Positions 42,900 to 60,539 of a DNA stretch of 64,000 nucleotides are shown one piece after another. The translations under genes and the position numbers were made by a program. The DNA is from Octopus sinensis (lineage: Eukaryota): positions 10,602,001-10,666,000 of the forward strand of contig NC_042997.1 of assembly GCF_006345805.1 (NCBI RefSeq). The letters are read 5' to 3'. The notes under the pieces were generated by a model. It worked only from the letters and a program-made list of their open reading frames with translations. It did no database searches and was not told the DNA's origin. Each line of letters starts with the position of its first letter. Positions within the stretch are counted from its first letter, which is position 1.

Positions 42900-43944
42900 G
42901 ATATATCGACAAATTTGGGAGGTATTAACAGTTCAAAAATGATGGGCTTGAATTAAATTTCAACAGTAGTAAAATTAATATTTCCAACATTGTCGGAGAA
43001 AAGTTTTATTTTCTGGATATATTTTATCTGAAAACTGGTGTCGTTCTAATTACAAATACTGAAATACTGATCTCAGTATTTCAAAAGTAATTAAGAACGA
43101 AAGGAAATAACATTAACTGATAAACTTATACGCGCCTTAAAAGTAGATGCTTTTAATAGTTTTAGCGTATAGAAAAAGGATACTTCAAGCAAGATATGTC
43201 TGAAATTGTGTACACCCTTGTAATTTCTTAATTTGAAAACTTTCAAAAGAACATTTATCTCGTTTCGTACAAATACAATAGATTAGCTTCTCCCCGTTTG
43301 TCAAGCATCTAGATAAAATCATTCACCGCGCCAACAGCATTATTATACTGTCCGAAGAGTTATTTAAAAACTAAAAAGGAAACGTAGTAGAAGTGGAAAA
43401 AAAGAAAGGTTCTTTTCCTACTAATACATCTTCATAACAAAAACAAACTGAATTGCTGGCAACAAGAAACCAAAGTAAATTCACAAACAAAATATTAATT
43501 GTGATCTATGTCAGCCTAAAAGACGAGTTTGCTCAATAGTTTCTTCAATTTATTATTGCTCTCAGAAAGATTGCCGTCTAAATAAAAGGAAATAATCCAG
43601 CCAGTGCAATTTGTTTAGCTTTTATTACTTACATCTCTATCAGCAACCATACATCAGATATCTGAAAGTGAAATTCTTCAATCTGTAACGCTGCAGTGCT
43701 CAGAGAAAGCCAAGTCCACTAACAATTGATCGACTATATCTTCTAACATTTTTTTTTATATATATCATCTTTGTCTTTTAAATTCATGTGACTTCAACCA
43801 ATGGCGCCTCACATGACATTTAGTGCAACTGCAATATTCTGAGTCGTAGATTTTCTACAGTAGACAAAACCACATGATATCACCGACTTCTTGCATAATC
43901 ATGCTTATAAAATAGGGAAGAACAAAACAGCTTACGAGCATAAT

Positions 43945-44007
43945 CACTAACGTGACTTATTGTTTTGTTTTTTTTCTTTGTCTCATTTTAGGTATGAATA
44001 TGTAAGT
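43945..44007 (+). promoter_or_regulatory. Branch point, polypyrimidine tract and AG|GT junction with a second donor 10 nt downstream (recursive splice site or microexon)
   Basis: CACTAAC 43945-43951, AG-free T-rich tract, TTTTAG ending 43991, GTATGA 43992-43997, GTAAGT 44002-44007. Confidence 0.55.
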
Positions 44008-45518
44008 ATTTGCATGTATAAATGAATACATAGGTTAATTAATGCAAAATTTTTAATGTTTTAGTCTCAATGCCTCTATACATTTGTGTGTTTGCAAATT
44101 GTATAAGCCTGTATTATATTTAGTCAGAAGATATGACGAAAAGATCATTTTACTGAAATTATTAAATAAATGCCAGAGAAATTGCTTTGATGGTACGGAA
44201 AATAAGATAATTCGTTTACTTCAGAGATTAGAAATAAAATTATTAGCTCTGTCGTTCTATTACAATGACCATCTCTAGAACGACTCAGTTGTAGTAATAG
44301 ATGTTAGTGTTTTCGTTGTAGGTTTAGTAAAGATCTAATGGTTATCAATACAAACAAAACAGATTCAGTTCTATTCTGCAGACAATAGACTGGTTAACAG
44401 CTCTAAGCTAACATTCTATTTGCTCTTTTAAGGATCTGATTTTAAAACCTTGGAATTATTAGAACTACGTTTTAGCAAACCGACAAAAGGGAAACTGGGT
44501 AACGGGCTCATGGATTGTTAGATGAAACTTCGGCACGTTTCTTGCTGTGATTAAAGAAAGATACAATGCTACGATACTTTAGTTCGTCTAACATTCATTT
44601 TATATAATGATATCTGTATGTAGATGTTTGTGTATGTGTGCGTGTGTGTGTATGTGTGTTTGTGAACGTGTCTTTGTGTACTTGTGTGCTTGCATGTATG
44701 TACAGATTAATGTTCCTGCATGTCGTATATTCTCTAATATACGAGTACATGGAGAAATTACAGTGAAATCTTAAATGTATGCATTCTTCCTGAGCGATCC
44801 TGAAGAAGCTTCTTTGTGGATATTATACTAATAAACCGCTGTACTCGGTCGTCAAAAATCAACTTTTCCTTACGTGCGGTAAAATTCTTCTCTGTACACA
44901 AGCGATTCACTCGTCAAATTTAGTGTGCCAGCGCTACTTACAACAATGAATAATATGTAACTTGTACATATAACTATCTTGTGGTTGTTGTTGTTGCTAA
45001 AATCCTGTTCATTCCTGACCCGGGAGATTTATGACCAACGGCATTCTAATAATAATATTCCGGCTTTTCTTTTCTGTTTTCGGGTAGGGGGTGATTTGAT
45101 GAGAAGCTATTTTCAGCATCAAGGCACCCTAGCTAGCTCTATGCAGACTGGGATATTTGGGAGCAAAGTCTACATGGCGCCTATCACAGGATATCATTAT
45201 CTTCTGTCCCTTTGGTTGCTCTTCGAATAGTCATAACAACTGTCACCCATGTTTCTCACAGTTCTCATTTTTTTATTAATTATCTACTTCGTATGCTTCA
45301 AAGCAAATATCGAACAGGTTTTTTTTTTCTGTACAGCACTTTTTATAGATGAAACAATAGCTGCTACGTAGAAATGTCACATGTAAATCAACTAACAAAA
45401 GTAAATGCCAAACATGAAATTCATATCGTTTTAACTGTCTATCTAGAAATCTATACGTGTGTATATTTATATTTGTACAAATATATGTATGCATGTCTCT
45501 ATAAATGTGTGTGTGTGC

Positions 45519-45560
<42 letters not shown>

Positions 45561-46398
45561 TAAAATTCTTGATTGCCCGAATTTGTTTCCCCTTCCTCGA
45601 GAAGTAATGAACAACTACCGCCAGGCTGGCTTTTATTTCTTTTCTCCAACTCCGGGGGAAATTTTAATTAATTGAGACTGCTTGAAAATCTTTCAGTATA
45701 TTTTCCATTAACTTACCTAATGCTTTGCTTGAGTAATTTTCCTCAATTTTGAATTAGACAAATTACTACTACCCAAAGTTGCACGTACCTTTAATTTTTG
45801 TTGTTGATTGAAAAAAACAGTTGAGTAAAGTATGCTATGCTAATGTTTCAGTAAGGCATAATAGTACCCATAGTCGTTCTCTCACGTGTAAAAAGCAAAT
45901 TTTCCCATTAAGTTTGTGTGATATAGTTTTAAGTCGTTAAAATTATCTCAAATTTTCTTTGGCAGTCGCTAACATTTGTCACAATGATTTCGCTTTCTTT
46001 TTTCCACTGAGGTTGAAATCAATTTATTAAGACAATTTTATGCTTGTCATTTAGTATATCACCTTTAACTTACTTGCATTCAAGCCATTGACCCACATGA
46101 ATTATTTCCCTTATCGCACTATACATACATACACACCCACACCAACACATGCGCACACACATATATATATATTTCGGTGCGAATGGTTTTGTTATATAGT
46201 ACCGGGTTTTACAATCCTGTAAATAATAATAATAGTATTTATATAAGCCTAAAAGCTTATAGCGATTACGGTGCAATGGCTATGAAAAATAGTCTAATAA
46301 ATGAGGCATATAAGACCTCAACAGTGAAACCCAAGACACGCAAAAGACTATATGTACAAATATGTATATATATGTGCGTGTTTGCATCTATGGGTATA

Positions 46399-46812
46399 TT
46401 ACTATTTTACTTGTTTCAGTCATTTGACTGTGGCCATACTGCAGTACCGCTTTTTTGTCGAGCAAATCGACCCCAGGACTTATTCTTTATAAGCCTAGTA
46501 CTTATTCTATCGGTCTCTTTTGCCGAACCGCTAAGTTACGGGGACCTAAACACACCAGCATCGGTTGTCAAGCGATGTTGGGGGAACAAACACAGACACA
46601 CAAACATATACACACACACATATATATATACATATATATACATATATACGACGGGCTTCTTTCAGTTTCCCTCTACCAAATCCACTCACAGGGCTTTGGT
46701 CGACCCGAGGCTATAGTAGAAAACACTTGCGCAAGGTGCCACGCAGTGGGACTGAACTCGGAACCATATGGTTGGTGAGCAAGCTACTTACCACAGAGCC
46801 ACTCCTACGCCT
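46399..46812 (-). mobile_element. SINE family 1
   Basis: Full head, body and tail. Confidence 0.92.
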
Positions 46813-47603
46813 ATATGTATGTATGTATGTATGTATGTATCTATGTATGTATGTATGTATGTATGTATTTATGTATGTACATATGTGTGTGTATAATTAT
46901 ATATATATTTCGCTTAGGCATTGCGATACTAATAATCTGATGTAGAACCCAATATACATATCCTTCATATAAACATATGATGCTAAGCAGCACAGATATA
47001 TCGGTAGTAAACGAGAATCGTCTGGCATGGTTGGTAGAACAGTTAGATCATGTGGTTTCATCGTACATGTGCTTTACCAGTAACTGGAATCCACTCACTT
47101 CATGCCGGTCAAATCCCACCACCAACCATATGTAGGAAACGGTATATACTGACATGGACAGACATGGTTATGTGGTTCATATTTTGGGTATTTTCGGAAA
47201 GGCAAATCATCACTAGTTTTCTCTGTATTTTAGACTATTTAACTCTACCTTTGAAATATTGAAGTATTGAATTGCGGATTTCTATGATCAGAATTTACAA
47301 TCTTGCTTAAGGGCGATTTTGGTTTTTATTCCTACAAGTCTTTCAAATAAGTAGTATTCATGATATTCTGCTTTCGTTTCAATCGATTACGCTTTTTCCC
47401 CTGTAAAACTTCTCTTTGTACCAATGCCAATGAACCCAATAATTCAAACATAACTTCGAAATATATTTTCGATTTGAAAATATTCTGACTGTTTCATTAT
47501 TGCTTTTAAATTAGTTGATAATTTAAAACGGTCAATATATTAATAATTGCATTTTTTTTCTTTCTATCTTTTATTTTTATATGCTTTTTCCTGGTGTCTA
47601 TAC

Positions 47604-47635
<32 letters not shown>

Positions 47636-48268
47636 TATATTATATATATATATATTATATATATATATTATATATATATATATATACATATAGTCAAATA
47701 ATGTTTTTTGCTGACTGATTTCTAATTTATAAATTTTAGCATTTATAAACAACATACAGACCCATCACCCTTCCATGCTGCACATCCTCAAATAAACAGT
47801 TAATACTGCTGCTGCTGCTGCTGCTGCTGCTGCGGATGATGATATTGCTGATGCCGGTGATACTTTCATCAATTACCGAACATCTGCCTTCATCAATTTA
47901 TGAAAGCTGCTTATTAATTATTGATGTCATGAAATCACACATTAATGGAAAATGTCTCTTCAAGCAATGAAGATATCAAGTGAATTAAAATTTTCTAAAG
48001 ATCAAAATTTATAAACTTACTCTCCAAATCTTATTTTCTTTACTATACATATATGTGAATTTAAGAGAGGCTTTATGAGAAACTATGCGTATGCATGTGC
48101 ATGATTACGAGAGCTAGATAGTGTCTCCTCTGCACTTAGAGACATATCTGTATATATGTATGTACATGTACATGCAATCTTACATATATGTATGTGGATG
48201 TATGTATGTTTGAGTTCTTGTAAGAAGTTACGTATGCATATGAATATAGTGTATACGATATATCAATA

Positions 48269-48274
<6 letters not shown>

Positions 48275-48323
<49 letters not shown>

Positions 48324-48378
48324 CCTTATATATATATTTATATATATATATATACATATATTATATATATTTAATAAG

Positions 48379-48420
<42 letters not shown>

Positions 48421-49172
48421 TTATATAATAATATATATTATATATACTATAATATATATATATATATATAATATATAATAATATATATATATATTATATA
48501 TAATATGATATTATAATATATATAAAATTATATATATATGTATATATATATATATATATATATAATATAATATATATATATATATATAATATATATACAT
48601 ATATATATATAATTAATTTATCGGAGTGAAGAATACTTTTGTTTTGTTTTTAAATATAAGACATATATTCGTTTATACATATATGTGTATGTACGTATAA
48701 AAAGAGAGAAACATGTAAGGGAAAGAGAGATAAGGAAGAAAGATAGAGCAGAAGGAAAGGAAAAAGATAAATTTAAAGAAAAATACATAGATAAGAGGAT
48801 AGAAGAAGAAAAAGGAGAAGAGAAGAAGGAGGAGGAAAAGAGATGAATGAGAGGAGGAGGAGAAAAAAGGAGAAGGGGAGGAGGAGAAAGAGGAGGGGGA
48901 AGAAAATAGGTGATGAAGGGGATGAGAAGAAAATCAGAGGTGAAGGGGTGGTGGTGGAGGAGGAGGAGGAGGAGGAAATGGAAGGAAAAGGAGGGGAGAA
49001 AGAGGGGAGGAGAAGTAAGAGGGTGCAGAAGATGTAGGAGGAGGAGGAAGAGAAACAGGAGAAGAGGGGGGTAAGGGGAAAGAAGAAGAAGAAGAAGAAG
49101 AAGAAGAAGAAGAAGAAGAAGAAGAAGAAGAAGAAGAAGAAGAAGAAGAAGAAGAAGAAGAAGAAGAAGAAT
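48275..49172. repeat. (TA)n tract, polypurine tract and (GAA)n
   Basis: Directly visible low-complexity sequence. Confidence 0.9.
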
Positions 49173-49603
49173 GGTTTCTGATTGTAACACAAGATAAACG
49201 GTTTTTTGAGAGGAGGGATTTAGTCAATTCAAAAAACTTTGTTTCATCAGCCACAAAAGAATGAGAGGCAAAGTAAAGATCGGCGTCATTTGAAATCAGA
49301 ATGTAAAAAGCCAGAACGAATGCCATAATAACATTTTCCGACGCTCTAGCGATTCTCTCATATGCTTTGTGATCACATTCTGAGCGGATCGACTTTTATC
49401 CTCCTGGGGTCGATAAGTTAAGTATTGAGGTTGATTTTTCTTTTTCATCTGTCTCTCTCTACCTCACTGTCTCAATCTTTCTGTCTGTCTTTGGATCTCT
49501 CTCTCTCTCTCACGCGCACACACACACACACACACAAACTTGGAATAGGCTGCACTGTAAAAAAGGGCGTGTGTATATATATGAGTGTATGCATGTATGT
49601 ATG

Positions 49604-49654
<51 letters not shown>

Positions 49655-49789
49655 CGTGTGTGGGAGTGTGTGTGTGTACGTATATATGTATGCGTGTGTG
49701 AGTGTATGTGTGCGTGTATAAATACGTATATATACGAACGTACACACCAAACACGCACACACAGACATGCATATATACATATATTTTAG

Positions 49790-50376
49790 ATACATACCTA
49801 CATACATACATAAATACATACATACATACATATACATACATACATACATACATACATACATGCATACATACAATACATACATACATACATACATACATAC
49901 ATACATACATACATACATACATACATACATGCATACAACATACATACATACATACATACATACATAATAAATACATACATACATACATACATAATACATA
50001 CATACTACATACATACATACATACATACATACATACATACATACATGCATACATACATACATACATACATACATACATACATACATACATACATACATAC
50101 ATACATACATACATACATACAAAATACATACATACATACATACATAAATACATACATGCATACATACATACATACATACATACATACATACATACATACA
50201 TACATACATACATACATAAATACATACATACATACATACATACATACATACATACATACATACATACATAATACATACATACATACATACATACATACAT
50301 ACAACATACATACATAATACATACATACATACATACATACATACATACATACATACATACATACATACATACATAC
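49790..50376. repeat. ~590-bp (TACA)n microsatellite
   Basis: Directly visible; source of the MYVC ORFs. Confidence 0.95.
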
Positions 50377-53545
<3,169 letters not shown>

Positions 53546-53567
53546 CATAATAATAACAATAATAATA

Positions 53568-53617
<50 letters not shown>

Positions 53618-53618
<1 letters not shown>

Positions 53619-53820
53619 AGTTTATGTAATCTCAAATTTTAAAGCAAACTCGTAATTTTACATTTTCTTAAACTTTCTCTAGAACAATACTATGTGCAGA
53701 ACTAAATATATGACTCCCTAGGCATAACACCAAAATGAACTTCTAACTTGTTGTCTCTTGAGGTTTCTGGGTGAGACTTGGAGCCAACTTGTACAAATAC
53801 AAAGCAAAAGTCAAACATAT
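53618..53820 (+). mobile_element. Probable 3' end of an R4/Dong-like LINE between two (AAT)n arrays
   Basis: Flanked on both sides by (AAT)n. The family assignment is by context and weak 3' UTR resemblance only. Confidence 0.4.
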
Positions 53821-53821
53821 C

Positions 53822-53879
<58 letters not shown>

Positions 53880-53903
53880 TAATAATAATAATTATAATAA
53901 TAA

Positions 53904-54412
53904 TAAGTATGGACTTTACATAGCAAAAACTTGGTACGACCACAAACCCGAAGGCATCGTCGAAAATAGAAATGCAAAAATCTTATGAGATTTTTATGAT
54001 TCAGTGCGGACTATGAGATAGAGAATAGGAAGCCGGACATAGTCTTAATTTAGGAAAAGAAAAACTATGCTGGATCATAGATATAGAATGCCCAACTGAC
54101 AACAAGGCATGCGATAAGAAAGAAAGAAAATTTGAGACATGACAGGTTAGCTTGGGAAGTTAAGCAGTTGTGGTCGATGAAAAAGGTGGTAGTAGTACCA
54201 ATTATTGTCGGAGCCCTGGGAACAGTGAGCAAAAATCTCGAGAAGTACGTGGAACAAATAGGAGCTGCAATAAGGGTGGAGCACTTGCAGAAACCAGCAC
54301 TCCTTGGAACCGCTCGGAAGGTGCTCGAAAAATAAGAGGTGTTGCCTTAGTTCACTGGTAGGGAACAGCTGACACTTTAGTACATCTCCAACGTTAGAAG
54401 CTGTGCAAAGGC
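53904..54412 (+). pseudogene. R4/Dong-clade LINE 3' fragment (restriction-like endonuclease), subfamily A
   Basis: WYDHKPEGIVEN, RKPDIV, WIIDI.CP.D, VVPIIVGALG and LQK.ALLGTAR motifs. Begins in (AAT)n and ends at AATCATAATAA. Confidence 0.85.
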
Positions 54413-54439
54413 AATCATAATAAAGGAAAGACCTTGTAT

Positions 54440-54800
54440 GATAATCAACATAGCATGCCCTGGTGACAACAGGATCAATGTGAAAGAAGAAGAAATAGTA
54501 AACAACTACGACGATTTGAAGTGGGAAATACAAATTTTGTGTCGATGAAGAAAGTAAACGTGATACGAATAGTAATTGGTGCACTTGGAAGTATCAGCAC
54601 TCAACTACCGATATGGCTCAAAAAGATTAGTGCAAGTGTGAAGATAGAACACCTACAAAAATCAGCATTGTTAGGAACTGCGAGAATTCTTCGCAGGGTT
54701 CTTGAAGCTTGACCAATAAAGAAGTGTCACCTTAGTCTGCTGACTACGGACAGCTGACACTTTCCATCATACCAGGCAAAATAAAATGAATATTTTCATA
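54440..54800 (+). pseudogene. R4/Dong-clade LINE 3' fragment, subfamily B
   Basis: IVIGALGSIS...EHLQKSALLGTARILRRVLEA*. Confidence 0.85.
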
Positions 54801-55255
54801 GAAGAAGAAGAAGGAGAAGAAGAAGAAGAAGAAGAAGAAGAAGAAGAAGAAGGAGAAGAAGAAGAAGAAGAAGAAGAAGGAGAAGGAGAAGAAGAAGGAG
54901 AAGAAGAAGAAGAAGAAAAGAAGAAGAAGAAGAGAAGAAGGAGAAAAGAAGAAGAAGAAGAAGAAGAAGAAGAAGAAGAAGAAGAAGAAGAAGAAGAAGA
55001 AGAAGAGAAGAAGAGAAGATACACCGAAAAATGTAATGGACGAAAATGGGAAGACAAAAATCCTCTGGGGCGTTGCCTTCCAGACAGACAAGGTATGAGA
55101 GCACCGAAGGCTGGACATAGTAACCTTTAGGAGGGACAAACAAGAGTGCCCAATAATTGACGTGGCAGTGCCAGGAGATCAACATATCATGAAAGAAAAA
55201 GAAAAGGTTGATAAATATGGAGACCTGAGAATTGAGATCGCTAAGATGTGGCTTT
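54800..55255 (+). repeat. (GAA)n tract followed by another R4/Dong endonuclease fragment (55020-55255)
   Basis: (GAA)n is visible. It is followed by IIDVAVPGD...KEKEKVDKYGDLRIEIAKMW. Confidence 0.7.
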
Positions 55256-55873
55256 AAAAGGGGGCATTTATTTTTTTTTACTAATAATAACATACGTGTG
55301 TTTAATTGGCAAAAGATGAACATCCCCAAGTATAATAAAACCTGTTTCAACACACAGTTTCACATCAAGAATCTTGCAAAACAAACACAGAAACGTAATG
55401 AAATTAAATCGCCGTCTCGACTAAACCAAATGATTACGCTGTTCAAAACAACAGGAACACAAGATACTGAGGTATAACAGAAGCACAAGTTGCAGATTTG
55501 AGGACAAGATATGGTCGATCGTACCTCGTACTTCACTGACACTTTATTTCGTTGACCCCCAGTAAGTGAAATGAAAAGTTGGTCGCAATGACATTGGTAC
55601 TCAGAACATAAACTGACGTAAATGAATATTGCAAAGTATATTTTCTGACTGTCTGTCATTTTTGCTAATTACCAAACCTTAAGGAAGCAAAAATACTGTT
55701 TTTCAACGGGTGTAGGTAGGACTATCTGATTAAGAAGTTTGCTTCTCATCAACGTGGTTCCTGGTTTATTCCCATTGCGTGGCACCTTGGACAGATGTCT
55801 TTTACCATAATATCAAGTTAAGCAATGACAGGTGAATGTAATCTGCCAAACAGGAGCTTTGCAGAGAAGTCTG

Positions 55874-55908
<35 letters not shown>

Positions 55909-55936
55909 CGTGGTGTGTGTGTGTGTGTGTGTGTGC

Positions 55937-55978
<42 letters not shown>

Positions 55979-56729
55979 ACGTGTGTGTGTGATGATTTTT
56001 CAGCAATGTATATCGGCAGGAGAAAAAATTGCAACCTTGTGATTTAGAATAAAAACACCTTGTGCGGTAATTGTTCTGTCCGTATTGCACAAGCATTCTC
56101 TTGTCATTCTCTGTATCGTAAATGCAACGATCAAGTGATTGGCCGGATACAAACATTTTACCAACGACGATAGTGTTCACAAAATGTGATATAAAATAAC
56201 TGTTGATACATTAAACCAAGATTGTTTGTCATAATAAAAGCTAGAGATATCTCTTAGACTTCATATTTGATTGGGGATTATGGTGACGAGATACGGAAAA
56301 CTGTATACAAAGAGAGAGTAGAACGTAAGACTAGTTAAAAAGAGAGAAAGGAATAAGGAAGAAAAAAAGAAAGAAAGAAAAGAAGGAATAGGAAAGAAAA
56401 GCTCGAAAAATGAATACAAGAAGGGAAGCAGGAGAAATAATGATATGGTAAAATAACTGAAGAGGCGGGAAAGAATAATGAGTGTATAATTACAGGGGAC
56501 ACTTTAAGTATACACTACGAAAATAAATATTTGTCTTTCAATTTGTGGCTAACGTTCGGTAATAAAATCGATTTCTACTATAGATACAAGGCTACACACT
56601 TTAGACAATAGAAAAATCGATCACATTGATAACAGTTCTGGGATCATGCTTATTTTAATTGATCCTATAATTATGGAGAGCAAAAATCTAACCAGGATTC
56701 GAACTGACTAGGATTATTATTATTATTAT

Positions 56730-56811
<82 letters not shown>

Positions 56812-56819
56812 TATAATGT

Positions 56820-57025
56820 AGTGAGTTGGCCGAATCGTTAGCACGTCTAGGAAAATGCTAAGCGGCATTTCTTCAGGCCTTAGCATTCTGAGTTCAAATT
56901 CCGCCGATGTCGACTTTGCCTTTCATCCTTTCGGGGCCGGTAAATTAAGTACCAGTGAAACACTTGAGTCGATATAATTGATCGATATAATTGACTAATT
57001 CTCACCCCACAAATTTGAGGCCTTG
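56820..57025 (+). mobile_element. SINE family 2
   Basis: TGGCCGAATCGTTAGCACG head, GAGTTCAAATTCC and the CCTTTCATCCTTTCGGGG domain. Confidence 0.85.
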
Positions 57026-57059
57026 TGGGAGCTCCTGGGATCTTACATGCGTGGCAGGC

Positions 57060-58010
57060 TTGCTACCTGCATCCTACGGTACCATGATATCCAATTTTTT
57101 CAGCTATCTCATACTTCCTGATTATTCTGGCCGCACTAAGGAGGCAAACCTCTTGTAACAGTTCTACTGAGCACTCTATTCCGATTTCCTTTATATTCCC
57201 CTCGATGCCTTCTGATATTGTTTCCAAGGACCCAACAATAACTGGGTCTATATTCACCTTCATCATTTTCCATAATCGGGCTATTTCGTACTTAAGATGG
57301 TTGTATTTATCTATATCTTTTCGCCTTCTTTCTTTCGTGGATCAAAGTGGCATGCAACATCAACTATATAGCATATGTGGTGCATCTTATCCATCACTTC
57401 TAGGTCCGGTCTGTTATACTCTGGCACCTAATCTGTTTGGATTTGGAAATCCCATGGAATTGATTGTGTAATCCCTTCTTGCATAATTCTTCTTCATATT
57501 CTTTTTGCACTTCTCCCTTTATTTTTCCTTTTTTTCTCTGCTTTCAATACTCCCTCGTCCCTAATTATCACTAGCAAGGTTTCATTATTATTGTTGTTGT
57601 TGTTGTTGTTGTTATCATCATCATCATTACTATTATTGTTTTTATTTCATATACACTCAACAGATTAGACTGTTGGAAAAAAAAGAATCCTAACATTGCG
57701 CTACAAGTAGTCTTAGATGCCAAGAACTCTCTTAAATATCCTAGCTGTCCGTAATGGCACTGTTTTTCAGAAGCTATTATTATTCATATACACTCCACAG
57801 ATTAGACTGTTTGGAAAGAAAGAAATCCTAACATCGGGCTACAAGTAATCTTATACACCAAGAAACCTCCTTAATATCCTAGCCGTCCCTAGTAATTGTT
57901 TTCTGGAGTTGTACTAAACTGGGTTTTATGTCTTTCTTCTATCCATCTGTTCAAATATTTAGGGATAATACCCAATGCACCTATAATTTTACTGCACTTA
58001 TAACCTATAA
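57060..58010 (-). pseudogene. Three older R4/Dong-like 3' fragments (57060-57585, 57650-57775, 57785-58010)
   Basis: PVIVGSLETIS...LLQEVCLLSAARIIR and KTVPLRTARIFKRVL-type C-termini, separated by TTA/TTG repeats. Confidence 0.65.
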
Positions 58011-58081
58011 CTACTAGGATGCATTTTATCATTGTTGTTGTTGTTGTTGTTGCTGCTGCTATTGTCATTATTGTTATTATT

Positions 58082-58750
58082 GCCTTTGCACATCTAACAC
58101 TGGAGATGTACTACAGTGTCAGATGTTCACTACCAGTGAACTAAGGTAACACGTCTTATTTTTCGAGTACCATCCGGAGTATTCGAGCGGTTCCAAGCAG
58201 TGCTGTTTTCTGCAAGTGCTCCACCTTTATTGCAGCTCCTATTTTTTCCATGTACCTCTCAAGATTTTTACTCATTGATCCCAGGGCTCCGACAGTTATT
58301 AGTACTACTACCACCTTTTTCATCGACCACAACTGCTTAACTTCCCAAGCTAACATGTCAAATCTATTGACTTTCCTGTGTTCCTTATCGCATGCCTTGT
58401 CGTCAGCTGGGCATGTTATATCTATGATCCAGCATAGTTTGCTTTCTTTCTCAAAACTATGTCTGGTTTCCTATTCTGTATCTCACGGTCGCACAAAATC
58501 ATAAAATCCCACAGGATCTTTGCATTATCATTTTCGATGATAACCCTCGGGTTTGTGGTCGTACCAATTTTTTGCTCTGTCAAGTCCATACTTGTTGCAA
58601 AGTGTCCCATGAACAAGCCTTACTACATTTTCGTGGCGTCTCTTATATTCCTTCTGGTCTAGTGGCGTACATTGGCTGTAATATGCCATACTATTTCGCC
58701 ATTTTGTGCGCAAATTCTGCACTTATCCCTTTCTGATATGTTGCCTATTC
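58082..58750 (-). pseudogene. R4/Dong subfamily A fragment
   Basis: EYKRRHENV, KILWDFMI, RKPDIV and LQKTALLGTARILRMVLEK. Homologous to 53904-54412 and flanked by (TTA)n. Confidence 0.88.
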
Positions 58751-58777
58751 ATTATTATTATTATTATTATTATTATT

Positions 58778-59223
58778 GAGTGAGAGAGCAGTTCATGCCA
58801 TCAAAGTGACACTGGGGTAAAATATACGAAGCCCAATATACCCATCATGACTACCCGTCTGATAAAGGTACACCAGGCACATGCATCACAACCATATGTG
58901 CGCGACATGGTGATCTCATATCAAGATAAAAAGCACATGACCTTGCAGGTGGGGCCCAGTTAGAATTTTCTTCAGGTTGAGTAGCCCATCCCGCTCAAAC
59001 GGTCCCTGAATAAGGGTTGTTTAAGGATGTTGAAAGAACCACCCATGTTTCCAGAGGTGAACTATTCAAACCCCAAAGAATCCCTCTCAACACATGGCTA
59101 TGATGCTCCCCCACTACTTCTGCTCGTGATCAGAGATGCACATATCGTCAGCCACTAAGGGACATGCTCAACTGGTTAAGGTCAAACAACTGACAAGCAA
59201 ATCTGTGGTATTGAGCAGAATAT
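58778..59223 (-). mobile_element. Non-coding repeat in (TTA)n, truncated copy
   Basis: Colinear with 59856-60303 and flanked both sides by (TTA)n. Strand inferred from truncation polarity. Confidence 0.8.
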
Positions 59224-59224
59224 A

Positions 59225-59268
<44 letters not shown>

Positions 59269-59329
59269 TATTATTATCATTATTATTATCATTATTATTA
59301 TCATTATATTATTATTGTTATTATTATTA

Positions 59330-59389
<60 letters not shown>

Positions 59390-59390
<1 letters not shown>

Positions 59391-59732
59391 ATGAAAACTC
59401 ACAGCTTATTTTGCTATCTATAAAGGAAAGTGTTAGCTGTCCATAGTCAGCAGACTAAAGTGACACTTGTTAACTGGTCATGCTTCAAGAACCCTGCGAA
59501 GAATTCTCGCAATTCCAAGCAATGCTGATTTTTGTAGGCGTTCTACCTTCACACTTGCACCGATCTTTTTGAGCCATGTCGGTAGTTGAGTGCTGATACT
59601 TCCAAGTACACCAATTACTACTCGCATCACGTTTACTCTCTTCATTGATCACATCCTTGGTATTTACCACTTCAAATCGTCGTAGTTGTTTACTTTTTCT
59701 TCTTTCTTCACATTGATCCAGTTTCGCACAGA
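59390..59732 (-). pseudogene. R4/Dong subfamily B fragment
   Basis: Reverse complement of 54470-54800 (KEEKVNNYDDLKW...LQKSALLGIARILRRVLEA). Confidence 0.85.
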
Positions 59733-59751
59733 ATTATTATTATCATTATTA

Positions 59752-59842
<91 letters not shown>

Positions 59843-59855
59843 CATCATTATTATT

Positions 59856-60539
<684 letters not shown>

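Noticed and set aside
47860-47950. Cluster of homeodomain-like TAAT/ATCAAT sites as an enhancer
   Set aside because: Such motifs are frequent by chance in AT-rich DNA, and no conservation data are available.
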